Of a stretch of 64,000 nt of DNA, positions 46,568 through 56,034 are shown in pieces; the first letter of the stretch is position 1, and each line of letters begins with the position of its first letter. The notes under the pieces were generated by a model. The model searched no databases, was not told where the DNA came from, and saw nothing but the letters and a program-made list of their open reading frames with translations. The DNA comes from Candidatus Latescibacterota bacterium (lineage in GTDB: Bacteria > Latescibacterota > UBA2968 > UBA8231): NCBI GenBank assembly GCA_965217585.1, contig OZ244561.1:4672001-4736000 (forward strand), read 5' to 3'. Made by a program: the position numbers and the translations under genes.

Positions 46568-48154
46568 ATGGTACAACTGCACGATGTGAATACCACTGAT
46601 ATCGGCGACGCCATTCGCTTGGGTTGCCAAGCCATGAGCCGGGCTTTCAACGCCGATGATGCCGATATACCCTACGGAGGAGCGCAGGTGCGGCCCAAAG
46701 CCTTTTTGGGCGGCAGCATGGAAGGCCACATGCCGGGCCGTCTCTTGAACGCTATGCTGGCGGCTGAAGACGCCACGGGTTTGGACTTGGACGAAGAGGT
46801 GATCGACAAGCACGCCCGTGCAGCTTTTTTCTCCTACAGCCGAGCGCCGCTGCCCTTGCAGCGCATCGGCCAGCACACCAAGGGTGAGGGAGATCCTATT
46901 GAACTGCAAGAGCACAATTTGCGCGAGGGATTCCACGCCCTCTACGCCCTAGCTGCTTTCCGCAAGTCCGAGCGGGCTATGGAATTGGCCGCGGCTAGCA
47001 TTGAGTTACTGTTCGATTATTGGGTGCCCAACGAGCAGTGGGATCGCGTGCGCCTCGAACGCGACACGCCGGTGCGCCTGCGCGATTCCGGCGAGGCGAC
47101 CTTTATCCAAGGACCGGCGCGCGCTATTGGGCCGCTGGCCAAACTGTACCAAGCCACCGGGTACCAACCGGCCTTGGATTTGGCCACCGTGCTCAAGGAC
47201 AAGGCCGTGCGCGAATTTTTTCTCGACGACGGCTCCTTTGCCACCGAGCGCTTTGGCCTGCACGTGCATTCGACCACTTGTGTGATGTCGTCGCTGGCGC
47301 AGCTAGCCGAGTGCACTGGGGACGCCGGGCTGATGCAGCGAGTCAAGCGGTTTTACGATGGCGGCCTGTGGGATTTGCGCGATCAGATCGGCTGGTCCAT
47401 TGAGACATCGACCCGCCCTACGCCCTGTCGCCGGGGCGAGGCCAACAATACCGGCGATATTATTGAGACCGCGCTCATCTTGGGGCGCTGGGGCCACCCC
47501 GAGTACTACGCCGATGCCGAGCGCATGTTGCGCAGCCATTTGCTGCCGTCGCAATTGCGCGATGTCTCGTTTATCGTCGAGCCAGATAATCCCGAGGGGG
47601 TGGACGGCAAGCGCCAAGTGGCGTACAGGCTGCGCGGCGGCTTTGGTTTCCCTGCCCCCCACGGACACGAGCCGCTGGGCATCTGGCAATCGAACAAGCC
47701 GCGCATTGGCTTCAATATTGACATTGTCGGCGGGTCCGTAGGTTCGCTGGCCGCGGCGTACAAGGCCGTGGTGCGCAGCGATGGAGCGGGGCATTGGGTG
47801 GACATGCTGTTCGACTGTGAGACCGAGGCCCTTGAAGTTCAGTCGCCCTATACGCATCCGCGCCTAGCGGTCAAAGTCAAGCAGTCGGGGACACTGCACG
47901 TGCGCCTGCCGCCTTGGCTTGATAGCGATTATCTCTCGGTCGAGGGTGCCGCGCAGCCGACCTTACGCGACGGCTATGCGGTGATTGAGAATCCGCCCGT
48001 GGGGCGTTGGGTCAGCTTTGCGTTTGACTTGCTCGTCCATGAGACGACCCTGACGTGGCGGGACAGCGCCATCCGCGCCCGACTGCGCGGCGACGAAGTG
48101 GTGGCGATGGATAACTTCGGCACGGATCTGACCTTTTTCCCGCCGTTTGATTGA
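46568..48154 (+). CDS. Hypothetical protein, paralog B of 42998-44563
   Basis: Collinear with paralog A from L.DVNTTD to MD.FG.DLTFF. Confidence 0.75.
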   Translation: MVQLHDVNTTDIGDAIRLGCQAMSRAFNADDADIPYGGAQVRPKAFLGGSMEGHMPGRLLNAMLAAEDATGLDLDEEVIDKHARAAFFSYSRAPLPLQRIGQHTKGEGDPIELQEHNLREGFHALYALAAFRKSERAMELAAASIELLFDYWVPNEQWDRVRLERDTPVRLRDSGEATFIQGPARAIGPLAKLYQATGYQPALDLATVLKDKAVREFFLDDGSFATERFGLHVHSTTCVMSSLAQLAECTGDAGLMQRVKRFYDGGLWDLRDQIGWSIETSTRPTPCRRGEANNTGDIIETALILGRWGHPEYYADAERMLRSHLLPSQLRDVSFIVEPDNPEGVDGKRQVAYRLRGGFGFPAPHGHEPLGIWQSNKPRIGFNIDIVGGSVGSLAAAYKAVVRSDGAGHWVDMLFDCETEALEVQSPYTHPRLAVKVKQSGTLHVRLPPWLDSDYLSVEGAAQPTLRDGYAVIENPPVGRWVSFAFDLLVHETTLTWRDSAIRARLRGDEVVAMDNFGTDLTFFPPFD

Positions 48155-48157
48155 GCC
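48078..48157 (+). repeat. Direct repeat copy 1 (3' end of paralog B)
   Basis: 75/80 identical to 55945-56024. Confidence 0.9.
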
Positions 48158-48292
48158 TAGAAGCCGTCCTTGATCACGGCGTCCATGCAGTTGTAGAGTT
48201 GTTCGAGGTGCCTGAGCTCAAAGCCTCCGGCCGTCATTTTGCGAATCGGCTCGCCGTCGGCGCACCATCGCCGTCGCCGTACCCGATAATTG

Positions 48293-49303
48293 TCACTGCG
48301 TCCGGTAGTGGGCGACGGCGGCGGCGTCCAGCGCAATCCCGAGCCCATTTCCACGGGGCACGACAAAGTGTCCTGAAGCGAATTCCAGCGAGCCCCCGAT
48401 CAGGTCGTTTTCGCGCACGAATGGCAGTTCGTCGCAGGGCAGCAGATCGTTGGTCAAGGTCGCTTGCAGATGCGCCGAGAAGGCGGCCTGAACCCCTAGA
48501 CACAACCCCCCGATCTGCAGCCAGATCGGGCAACCCGCTGTCTCGGCGATGGCGGCGCTCCGCTTCACGGAGGCCACGTTGCCGCTGAGGTTGAAGCAAT
48601 CCACGGCGTCCGCCTTGACCGCGCAGAGAACGGCGTACGGGTCGAGGAGGTGCAACGCCTGCGGGATGTCGGTCTTGTGGCGCAGCAGCGAATACCACGC
48701 GTAGTTGACGGCGATCTTCTCTACCGGATCCTCGAAGCATTCAATGTTGTAGGGCGTCAGCTCCCTGGCGAGACGGACCGCCGTGGTGGGATATTTGAAC
48801 CCGCAGTTGGGATCGACGCGAATGGCGTAGTCTACTCCCGCCGTCGCTTCTGCGATCAACTCCGCCTGGCGCACAATGTCGGCCGGATGCGCCTTGAGCT
48901 TGTGAACAGTGAACCCGAGAGCTGCAGCTCTTTCCGCCTCTCTGGCGGTCTCCTCCGGAGGCAGGTGGGGCGACCAGTACGCGACAGGTACTTCATCGCG
49001 TACCTTGTCGCCCATCAACCTCCACACTGGAACTCCTTTGGCTTGGGCGACAATGTCGTACAGAGCGCACTGCCACGGCTCGCTGGCGCGCTCCAGAGCC
49101 ATACCCAGCGGATCTTTGCCGATGAGTCCATCCGCTTGCGGCTGCACTGCGCGGCACGGCTGCCAGATCTCCCCCAGGCCGATCAGGCCTTCGTCCGTGT
49201 GGACCCTCGCAATGGTGTGCTCCCAGTCCGCGTGGCCGACGTTGCGGATGGGGGCGATGTAGGGGACGTCCACTTCGATGAGTTCGATGTTGGTAATTTT
49301 CAT
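48293..49303 (-). CDS. Mandelate racemase/muconate lactonizing enzyme family
   Basis: TDEGLIGLGE, ALYD, KLK, VDPN, FEDP, PRGNGLGI. Confidence 0.88.
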   Translation of the reverse strand: MKITNIELIEVDVPYIAPIRNVGHADWEHTIARVHTDEGLIGLGEIWQPCRAVQPQADGLIGKDPLGMALERASEPWQCALYDIVAQAKGVPVWRLMGDKVRDEVPVAYWSPHLPPEETAREAERAAALGFTVHKLKAHPADIVRQAELIAEATAGVDYAIRVDPNCGFKYPTTAVRLARELTPYNIECFEDPVEKIAVNYAWYSLLRHKTDIPQALHLLDPYAVLCAVKADAVDCFNLSGNVASVKRSAAIAETAGCPIWLQIGGLCLGVQAAFSAHLQATLTNDLLPCDELPFVRENDLIGGSLEFASGHFVVPRGNGLGIALDAAAVAHYRTQ

Positions 49304-49357
49304 CTGGCTATCTCGCAGGTGTAATCTTTTTCCCGCCGTTTGAATCTCACGCCTAAA

Positions 49358-50938
49358 TTAGGCAAAGTACTCCTCGTCGTCCCGCAGCGCATTGCGGTGC
49401 GGCAGATATTCGACCACCAGCTCCACATCCACGAGGGTCACCGGGTGAATGAGCTGGGCGTCTTTCTCCACGACCTCCACCTCCACCGTATTTATCCCCC
49501 GCTGGGGCAGGCGCTGGATCTGCTTGAGATCGATGTGCAGCCGGTACCCGTTGACCGCGTAATCCGGCCTGGGGCGCAACTGGTAGGTCCAGTCGGCCTT
49601 GCGCCACGCGGTCTCGGGTATTTCACCGCCATTCCACTTCAGCCCGATCCGGTCCTCGTACGTCAGGTGCTGCAACATCAGGCGCAACTCGCAGCGCCAC
49701 AACTCGCCGGCTCGGTCCCGGCCGGCCACGTCGTCGCTCACTTCCAGCGTGAACGGCCGCGCTGGAGCTCCGCACGGCAATTCGGCCGGTAGCTGTTCGG
49801 ATAGGCCACAGGCAGGGGCTGACTTGGGATTGATGGGGATGCCGAGCCGGTACCGCTTGTCGAGATTTTCTAGCAAGTCTGGATGTCCCATAAACCGCAT
49901 CCTTCCAGCCGCCTCGTCATCGTATGGATAGCGCTTGGGCATTGGGTAATACGTGTGGAAGAACACGCCGTGGACCCCAGCGGCATAGGCATTGGCTGCC
50001 GCGGCCCGCACTACCGGCCGGGAAAGCTCGGGGTTATTGGTCGATTCCATACCCGCCAACACCCGCACATCCCCACCCTCGGCCGCGGCGACAACGCTCC
50101 GTAATCCAGCAGTGTCGTTTGCAAAATCACCGACGATCTGCATACAGATCAGCGCGTCGACGATCCCCTCCTCGATCCAGGTCTCCACGTCCATCCCCAT
50201 GCGCTTGTTGCCGTCTAGGGTCGCGCCGATGCGGACCACCAACCGCTTGGGACGACCCTGCTCTGCGGCCGCCCGGTCGCAGACCCGGCGTATTTCCCGC
50301 ATCCACTCGGTCAAGGTCTCGGTGTGCTCGGCGACCTCTCCGCGGCCGATAAACGGCGCGTAGTCGTGCATGTTCAGCTCAATGCCGTCGCCGGGATAAT
50401 CCCCGACTAGTTCGGCGATCACCGCCAGCCGGTCTGCCCGTACTTCGGGTACGGCAAAGGATAGCCGGTTGGGGTTGTCGAAGTGGGCCTCGGGGTACTC
50501 GGGCTCGTCGCCGACCTGCCATTCGGGATGCTCGGTGGTGAAGTCGGCTACCCGGCAATTGGTGACGCGGCCGTGCGGCGTGTGAATCATGTTCAACAGC
50601 AGGCTGGGCAGAAACTGGAAACCGCGCTGCTGCGCCCGCTGGCACACGAGCATGAGCGGGTCCGTGCCCTGTTCGATCATCAGCCTGGCGTTGTGCGCCG
50701 CCCGCCACCAAATATCGTGATCGGTCAGGTCGACGTTGTGCCCCCAGCGCTCGCCCACCTTGGTGGCGTAGAGCAAAACGCTGCAGTCGCCCACGGCATA
50801 GGTGATGGTGTCAATGCCGAGGTCGACTAGCTCGTCGATGGGTTCTAGGTACTGCTTGGCCCCCATGGGTGGCTCGTACAAGTACACGCTTGAATGGCGG
50901 CCGTCGGTGTAGAACATCACTTCGTGGGTCTTGCTCAT
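49358..50938 (-). CDS. GHL10-like TIM-barrel hypothetical protein
   Basis: EHPEW, LSFAVPEVR, YPGDGIELN, DVETWIEEGIVD; RBS GAGGAGG. Confidence 0.7.
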   Translation of the reverse strand: MSKTHEVMFYTDGRHSSVYLYEPPMGAKQYLEPIDELVDLGIDTITYAVGDCSVLLYATKVGERWGHNVDLTDHDIWWRAAHNARLMIEQGTDPLMLVCQRAQQRGFQFLPSLLLNMIHTPHGRVTNCRVADFTTEHPEWQVGDEPEYPEAHFDNPNRLSFAVPEVRADRLAVIAELVGDYPGDGIELNMHDYAPFIGRGEVAEHTETLTEWMREIRRVCDRAAAEQGRPKRLVVRIGATLDGNKRMGMDVETWIEEGIVDALICMQIVGDFANDTAGLRSVVAAAEGGDVRVLAGMESTNNPELSRPVVRAAAANAYAAGVHGVFFHTYYPMPKRYPYDDEAAGRMRFMGHPDLLENLDKRYRLGIPINPKSAPACGLSEQLPAELPCGAPARPFTLEVSDDVAGRDRAGELWRCELRLMLQHLTYEDRIGLKWNGGEIPETAWRKADWTYQLRPRPDYAVNGYRLHIDLKQIQRLPQRGINTVEVEVVEKDAQLIHPVTLVDVELVVEYLPHRNALRDDEEYFA

Positions 50939-51060
50939 GATCGTCCTCCTCGTCTCTTGTCTGGCGCTGCGGTCTCCTGATCTCACAGCGCCAATTCGGT
51001 GTGTCAACAGGTGCAATTAACTCCAGCCGGGCGGCGCGAGCAAGTCCCTTTGGCAAGATC

Positions 51061-51089
51061 TTGACCCACCAGCGACAATGCCCTATGCT
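51061..51089 (+). promoter_or_regulatory. Putative sigma70 promoter
   Basis: TTGACC, 17 bp, TATGCT, upstream of the PhyH gene. Confidence 0.5.
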
Positions 51090-51125
51090 TGGCCATTCGC
51101 CGCCCCCAAATAATTGAGGACGCCC

Positions 51126-52016
51126 ATGATATTCACCGATGCGCAGTTGGCCCAGTACGAAGAGCAGGGCGCCGTGACCATCGACAGCCCCTTCACCACC
51201 GAGCAGTTGGACAGAGCAGAGGCGGCGTGGGACCGCTTGCGTCACCAAGGCGGTGAACCGTACGAGGATCCGGATTACATCGAAGTCATCGAGCACCCGT
51301 ACTTTGAGGAGGTGGCCAAAAAGCTGCTGCGCGCCGATGCGGTCCATCTGTGGTGGGGCCTGGCCCCCCACGAGCGGGCCCCGGCCTCAGCGCCGTACGC
51401 CGATCCCCGCCAGCAGTGGGCGCGCGGGTGCCACGTGGACATCCAGGCCACGCTGGAGGATTTTGCGGCCACCCCCCGCCGGATGCGGGCCGAGTTGTGG
51501 TTCTGGCTCAACGATGTGCCCGCGCACCGCGGTGCCATGCGCATCCTGCCCGGCAGCCACCGCCCCATCATGGCGCACTGGAGTCGGGTCCTCCGGCCCG
51601 AGCACAAAGCCGAACTGCCCCGCGTGCACGGCCTGCGGCCGGCTCCAGTCCCGTCGACTGCGCCCGCTTTCCCCGAGTACATCCCGGACCTGGGCGAAAG
51701 GCCCTGGCTCGAGTGCGAGCCCATCCCCGCAGTGGCGCGCCGGGGACAGATCTTGGTGCTCTGCAGCGCCGGACTGCACGCGGCCTGGCAGAATGAGGAC
51801 ACCGTGCCCCGCAAAGCCATGGGCACCTCGTGGATCGCCGCCGGAGTTTCGTGCGGCCTGCCCAAGAACCAGCGCGACGCCCTGATGGACTTCTTCCCCC
51901 GGCTGCGGCGCCAACTGCGCCCGGACCGCGCCCACATTGTGCCGGATCATTTCGACTGGCTCTTTGAAAGCGACTACGATCCGCGCTGGCCGGAGACTTT
52001 TCCGCCCTCCCATTGA
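51126..52016 (+). CDS. Phytanoyl-CoA dioxygenase (PhyH) family
   Basis: QYEEQG, HVD facial triad, GAMRILPGSH, LHAAWQN...R. Confidence 0.88.
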   Translation: MIFTDAQLAQYEEQGAVTIDSPFTTEQLDRAEAAWDRLRHQGGEPYEDPDYIEVIEHPYFEEVAKKLLRADAVHLWWGLAPHERAPASAPYADPRQQWARGCHVDIQATLEDFAATPRRMRAELWFWLNDVPAHRGAMRILPGSHRPIMAHWSRVLRPEHKAELPRVHGLRPAPVPSTAPAFPEYIPDLGERPWLECEPIPAVARRGQILVLCSAGLHAAWQNEDTVPRKAMGTSWIAAGVSCGLPKNQRDALMDFFPRLRRQLRPDRAHIVPDHFDWLFESDYDPRWPETFPPSH

Positions 52017-54760
52017 GCAGTTGTCCCGACCCGCCTAGAGGGCTAACGCTGATCGCCGTCGCAGTCGGCCTCCTATTCTCGTCGCCTTTTGGTGCATTCG
52101 CAATGGATCGCATTTCCACGGCAATTGGAGCGTGGCCCATGTATCGCGGCGACACCCGCCTCACGGGACGGGCCGTCCTGCCGGGGGCCATGCGCAAAGC
52201 GCCCGTCGTGGCCTGGCAATACCCGATCGAGGCGGGCCAAGTGTGGGCGGCCGTGCACGCGGCAACCAGGTCCTCGCCGGCGACGAGCGCCGGGCCCGAG
52301 CAATTCACCCCGCCCCACCGCCGCGCTGCCGAGGACCGGCAATGGGGCCTTGGGCCCCGCTTGGTCGATCTGTACGGCAACGGCCAGTTGGTGCCCGATC
52401 CGGGTCGGGCGGCTGCGCTGTTGCCCGAGGTCCCCGGGCTGCAGACAGTTGAATTTCCACTGGTTCCGGACGCTCCCGGGACCGATTCGAGGCAAGTGGT
52501 CTGCTATGCCCACGAGGCGGGCCGGAAGCGGGAAATATGGCGGTCGGAGATATTCCACACTGTCCAGAACACCAACTTTGTCGTCGCCGACATAGATGGC
52601 GACGGCCGACTCGAAATCGCCTTTGCGCCCCACTACCGGATCATTGTCCTCGACGGGCAGAGCGGCCGCACCAAGCACCTGCTCAACATGCACGGCCTGC
52701 GCAACTACGGTTTCTTCTGCGCCACCGACATAGATGGCGACGGCCGGCTGGATTTTGTCGTTATCGCCGACTTTGCCATGCACATCGACGTGGTCAAAAA
52801 CGAGGGGGATCGGCTAAGGCTGCTGTGGCGGCGCGATATCGAGCAAAATATCCAGAGCAAGAGCCGCATCATTCGCCCCGGGCCCAATCCAGTGCAGGAC
52901 CTCGACGGCGATGGCCGCATCGAGATTATCTTCAACCTTTTCAACGAGCGGGACGACGGCCAATGGCATGTAGTCGCCTGCGACGCGCTCACCGGCGAGA
53001 CCGTGCTCGACCTGCCGCGGCAATACCTCCACGGCACCGCCGATGTCGATGGCGACGGCGTGCCCGAACTCTTTGTTTCTCGCAGCGCGGGACTGCTGGT
53101 GCCCACCAATGCCGCGCTGAGCCTCCTGCGCGTTGATGGCGAGTCGGCCATACCCCTGTGGCACCATGCGCGTGGACAGTGGGTAACAGCGGCGACCGAG
53201 CTGCCCCCCACCCACTCGACCATTGTGGCGCGCGGCACCGACGATATAGTGACTGCGTCCCTGGCGGCTTCCGGCCAGCGTGGCTTTTTCACCGTTGAAA
53301 TTAGAGACAATCGGACTGAACTCTTGCGCGCCTTTGTCCTCGACCGCGCCGGGGGCACCGAGGTCCGCACCGCGCAGGTGTGGAGCTTCGACCTTCCGGC
53401 CCGCTCCCGGATGCAATGGCGGGCCTCCGCCGATATAGACGGCGATGGGGTCGACGAGGTACTCGTCAGCTTCCACCAGACGCACGGCGCAATAGCTGAA
53501 TTGGGTGCCGCAGAGGGTGCCCGGATCCGCGCTCTGCGCCTGGAGCGCACAGGAGCTGCCGGCACCCCTGGCACGGACGGATCGGGCATGCAGACGCGGC
53601 CGGTAGCCGTGGCAGCTAGCAGCCGCCAGCCAACCCGAGTGATCTTCGAAGGAGCCAATCGCCACCTCGCAGCGCTGGAGCCGCCGCGGATCCAAGGAGA
53701 TCCGGCGCTACTGCGCTGGCGCCTGCCGGGAGCCGGACCAGCCCTCATCGCCGAGCTAGACGGCGACGGCCGGCCCGAGGTGGTGTACGCGGATCAGACG
53801 ACCTCCGGAGAGGGTGAAATAGTCGCCGCCGACCTCGACGGCAAGCCGCGCTGGCACCGACGGGTGGCGGGTTTTCCCGGTCCCCATCCGCCGTGGAATT
53901 TCGGCGGGATTACTAGCTGGTGGGTCGGACGCTACAACGACACCGAGCGCGACGATATATGGGTCTCCGCCCGCCGCAGCACCATGCACAGCGACGAAGC
54001 TTGGGTATTGCGGGGCACGGATGGCGAGCCTCTGTGGCACCTGCGCGAAGTGCGCACTGACCAGACCGGAGCGGGCGCAAGAGGTTGGGGGGCTGGGGGC
54101 TCTTTCGTGGCTTCGGCCGATGTCGACGGCGATGGCCTGGAGGATGTCATCGGCCTGTATCCGGTCAATTACATGGCCGCCCGCGGCACCACTGGTGCCC
54201 TGGTCCACTCCATATCCGCGGCCAGCGGTCTGTTCGCCGGTGTCTGGGCCGCCTATTGCCAGCCGATGGTGGCCGACTTCAATGGCGACGGCCGCGAGGA
54301 ACTGCTGTGGTGCGGTCCCTACCACCACGGGCTCACCACCTTGGACGCCAGCGTACTCTGGTACCACGCCGGTGGAGCCGGCATGGCCGGCGTCGGCGAT
54401 GTCGATGGCGACGGCCGTTTGGAGTTGGGCATCACCGGCTGGGAAAAGGGCGAGGGCCTGCGCTGTCTGGACGCGGCCACTGGAGCGGAGAAATGGCATT
54501 GGCCTCTGCCGGGCAATGCGCGGACTGCGGTCTACTCCGCCGACATCGACGGCAATGGCCGGGATGAATTTCTCTTTGCGGTCGAGCAGACGCTCTACGC
54601 GGTCGGCGACCGCGACGACGCACCGCATCTGAGGTGGCAGCTGGACTTGCCCACGAGGCCGGGCGATCTGACCCTGGCCGATGTCGACGGCGACGGCGAG
54701 ATCGAAATCCTCTTCATAGGCGAGGACTCCGTCCTCTACTGCCTCGATTCCGCCCGCTGA
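52013..54760 (+). CDS. Large FG-GAP/VCBS-repeat beta-propeller protein, probably exported
   Basis: About 11 D(I/V/L)DGDGxxE/D repeats; hydrophobic N-terminus; WPMYRGD...TG. Confidence 0.85.
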   Translation: MSSCPDPPRGLTLIAVAVGLLFSSPFGAFAMDRISTAIGAWPMYRGDTRLTGRAVLPGAMRKAPVVAWQYPIEAGQVWAAVHAATRSSPATSAGPEQFTPPHRRAAEDRQWGLGPRLVDLYGNGQLVPDPGRAAALLPEVPGLQTVEFPLVPDAPGTDSRQVVCYAHEAGRKREIWRSEIFHTVQNTNFVVADIDGDGRLEIAFAPHYRIIVLDGQSGRTKHLLNMHGLRNYGFFCATDIDGDGRLDFVVIADFAMHIDVVKNEGDRLRLLWRRDIEQNIQSKSRIIRPGPNPVQDLDGDGRIEIIFNLFNERDDGQWHVVACDALTGETVLDLPRQYLHGTADVDGDGVPELFVSRSAGLLVPTNAALSLLRVDGESAIPLWHHARGQWVTAATELPPTHSTIVARGTDDIVTASLAASGQRGFFTVEIRDNRTELLRAFVLDRAGGTEVRTAQVWSFDLPARSRMQWRASADIDGDGVDEVLVSFHQTHGAIAELGAAEGARIRALRLERTGAAGTPGTDGSGMQTRPVAVAASSRQPTRVIFEGANRHLAALEPPRIQGDPALLRWRLPGAGPALIAELDGDGRPEVVYADQTTSGEGEIVAADLDGKPRWHRRVAGFPGPHPPWNFGGITSWWVGRYNDTERDDIWVSARRSTMHSDEAWVLRGTDGEPLWHLREVRTDQTGAGARGWGAGGSFVASADVDGDGLEDVIGLYPVNYMAARGTTGALVHSISAASGLFAGVWAAYCQPMVADFNGDGREELLWCGPYHHGLTTLDASVLWYHAGGAGMAGVGDVDGDGRLELGITGWEKGEGLRCLDAATGAEKWHWPLPGNARTAVYSADIDGNGRDEFLFAVEQTLYAVGDRDDAPHLRWQLDLPTRPGDLTLADVDGDGEIEILFIGEDSVLYCLDSAR

Positions 54761-54769
54761 GCTTTTCCA

Positions 54770-55900
54770 CTAGCTCCTCCGGGAACTCGGCTCGGCCTCT
54801 GCGACGAAGAAGTCATCGGCGAGGATGCTCTTGGTCTCGACTCCGTGACTGTACTCGGGCAGCCCGATTGTCGTCACCACGCCCATGGCCGTGAAGTGCT
54901 CGCACTCGCCGCTGACCCCGCTCTTATTGCCCCCGCCGTGGCCGCGCAGCCAGGCGTCGTCAATGACGCGCACTCCCTTCCACATGCCCCGGGTGGCATT
55001 GAGGTGGCCGAAGCGCGCCAGATCCGAGGCGCTGATGACCACCCAACCTGGGCCGCTGCGCACGACTTGGCCGCCGATCTGGTAGGGTGGGTCGAGGTAG
55101 GTGTACGCGTCCGGAATGGCGGGATAGAGGTATTTCCGCTCTTTCACTTCGCCGCCAGCGAGCCAGTCCCAGCGCTCGTATGGGATGCCAATGGCGTCGA
55201 ACAGGCGCTCCTGGACCACGTCCTTGAGGTCGCGGCCCCAAACGTAGGTCAGCGCTTGGCCCAACCGCCAGAAGCCGGCGCTGCTGTACAGCCCCTCGGT
55301 GCCCGGTTCGGCATGGGCGTAGCAGTCGTAGAAAGAGTCGCCCGTCCAATGGGCCCATTCGGGGACGCCAGAAACCGCGTCCCGCTCTTCGAGACCAGTG
55401 CGCTTTTCCCGCCAGCGGATGCCGATTTCAAAGGGAAAGCCGCCCCAGTGCAGGCTCTCATCGCGCCGCCCAATCAAGTGGCGCCAGGTGAGTTTTTGGT
55501 GGTGACCGCAATCGAGGTACTTGTGCTCGTGCGATAGCTGCCCGGCTCCGGTCCACGTCTGGTGGATCGGCTCGTCCGGGTCGAGGAGGCCGTCGCCAAC
55601 GGCCGCGCCCAGCACCACCCACGTCAAGGCCTTGCCGACCGAGGCCGTCTGATGCCGATAGTGGCGGTCGCCCCAGGCGTGCATTAGGTATCCGCCGCGC
55701 GTGAGCACGGCGCCGTACTGGTCGCCGCTGTGGTCCTCGCCGCCAAAGCTCGCCCCTCTGACATCGAGGCTGTCCAGCCAGGTGGCGAATTTCCGCGCAT
55801 CGAGACCGGCTTCGGCGGGCGCAATCTGCACCCAGTCGCGATCCGGGTACGCGACCCAGTCCGGTACTTGTACCGTTGCCGTCGGGGCGATCAGATTCAT
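54770..55900 (-). CDS. Serine hydrolase, beta-lactamase-like
   Basis: SVGK (SxxK), PGTEGLYSS, SASDLARFG. Confidence 0.8.
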   Translation of the reverse strand: MNLIAPTATVQVPDWVAYPDRDWVQIAPAEAGLDARKFATWLDSLDVRGASFGGEDHSGDQYGAVLTRGGYLMHAWGDRHYRHQTASVGKALTWVVLGAAVGDGLLDPDEPIHQTWTGAGQLSHEHKYLDCGHHQKLTWRHLIGRRDESLHWGGFPFEIGIRWREKRTGLEERDAVSGVPEWAHWTGDSFYDCYAHAEPGTEGLYSSAGFWRLGQALTYVWGRDLKDVVQERLFDAIGIPYERWDWLAGGEVKERKYLYPAIPDAYTYLDPPYQIGGQVVRSGPGWVVISASDLARFGHLNATRGMWKGVRVIDDAWLRGHGGGNKSGVSGECEHFTAMGVVTTIGLPEYSHGVETKSILADDFFVAEAEPSSRRS

Positions 55901-55944
55901 GGTTCAACTCCTCTGTGTAGTGTATTTTGATGGTGCCACGGAAT

Positions 55945-56024
55945 CCCGGCTGCGCGGCGGCGAGGTGGTGGCGATGGATAATTTCGGTACGGATCTGACC
56001 TTTTTCCCGCCGTTTGATTGAGCC
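55945..56024 (+). repeat. Direct repeat copy 2 (orphan 3' end of paralog B)
   Basis: Encodes RLRGGEVVAMDNFGTDLTFFPPFD* without the rest of the gene. Confidence 0.9.
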
Positions 56025-56034
56025 GATTTCGACC

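Noticed and set aside
48157-48290. Minus-strand coding-like tail (..ADGEPIRKMTAGGFELRHLEQLYNCMDAVIKDGF*)
   Set aside because: Possibly a gene remnant at the repeat boundary, but no start, RBS or recognisable family.
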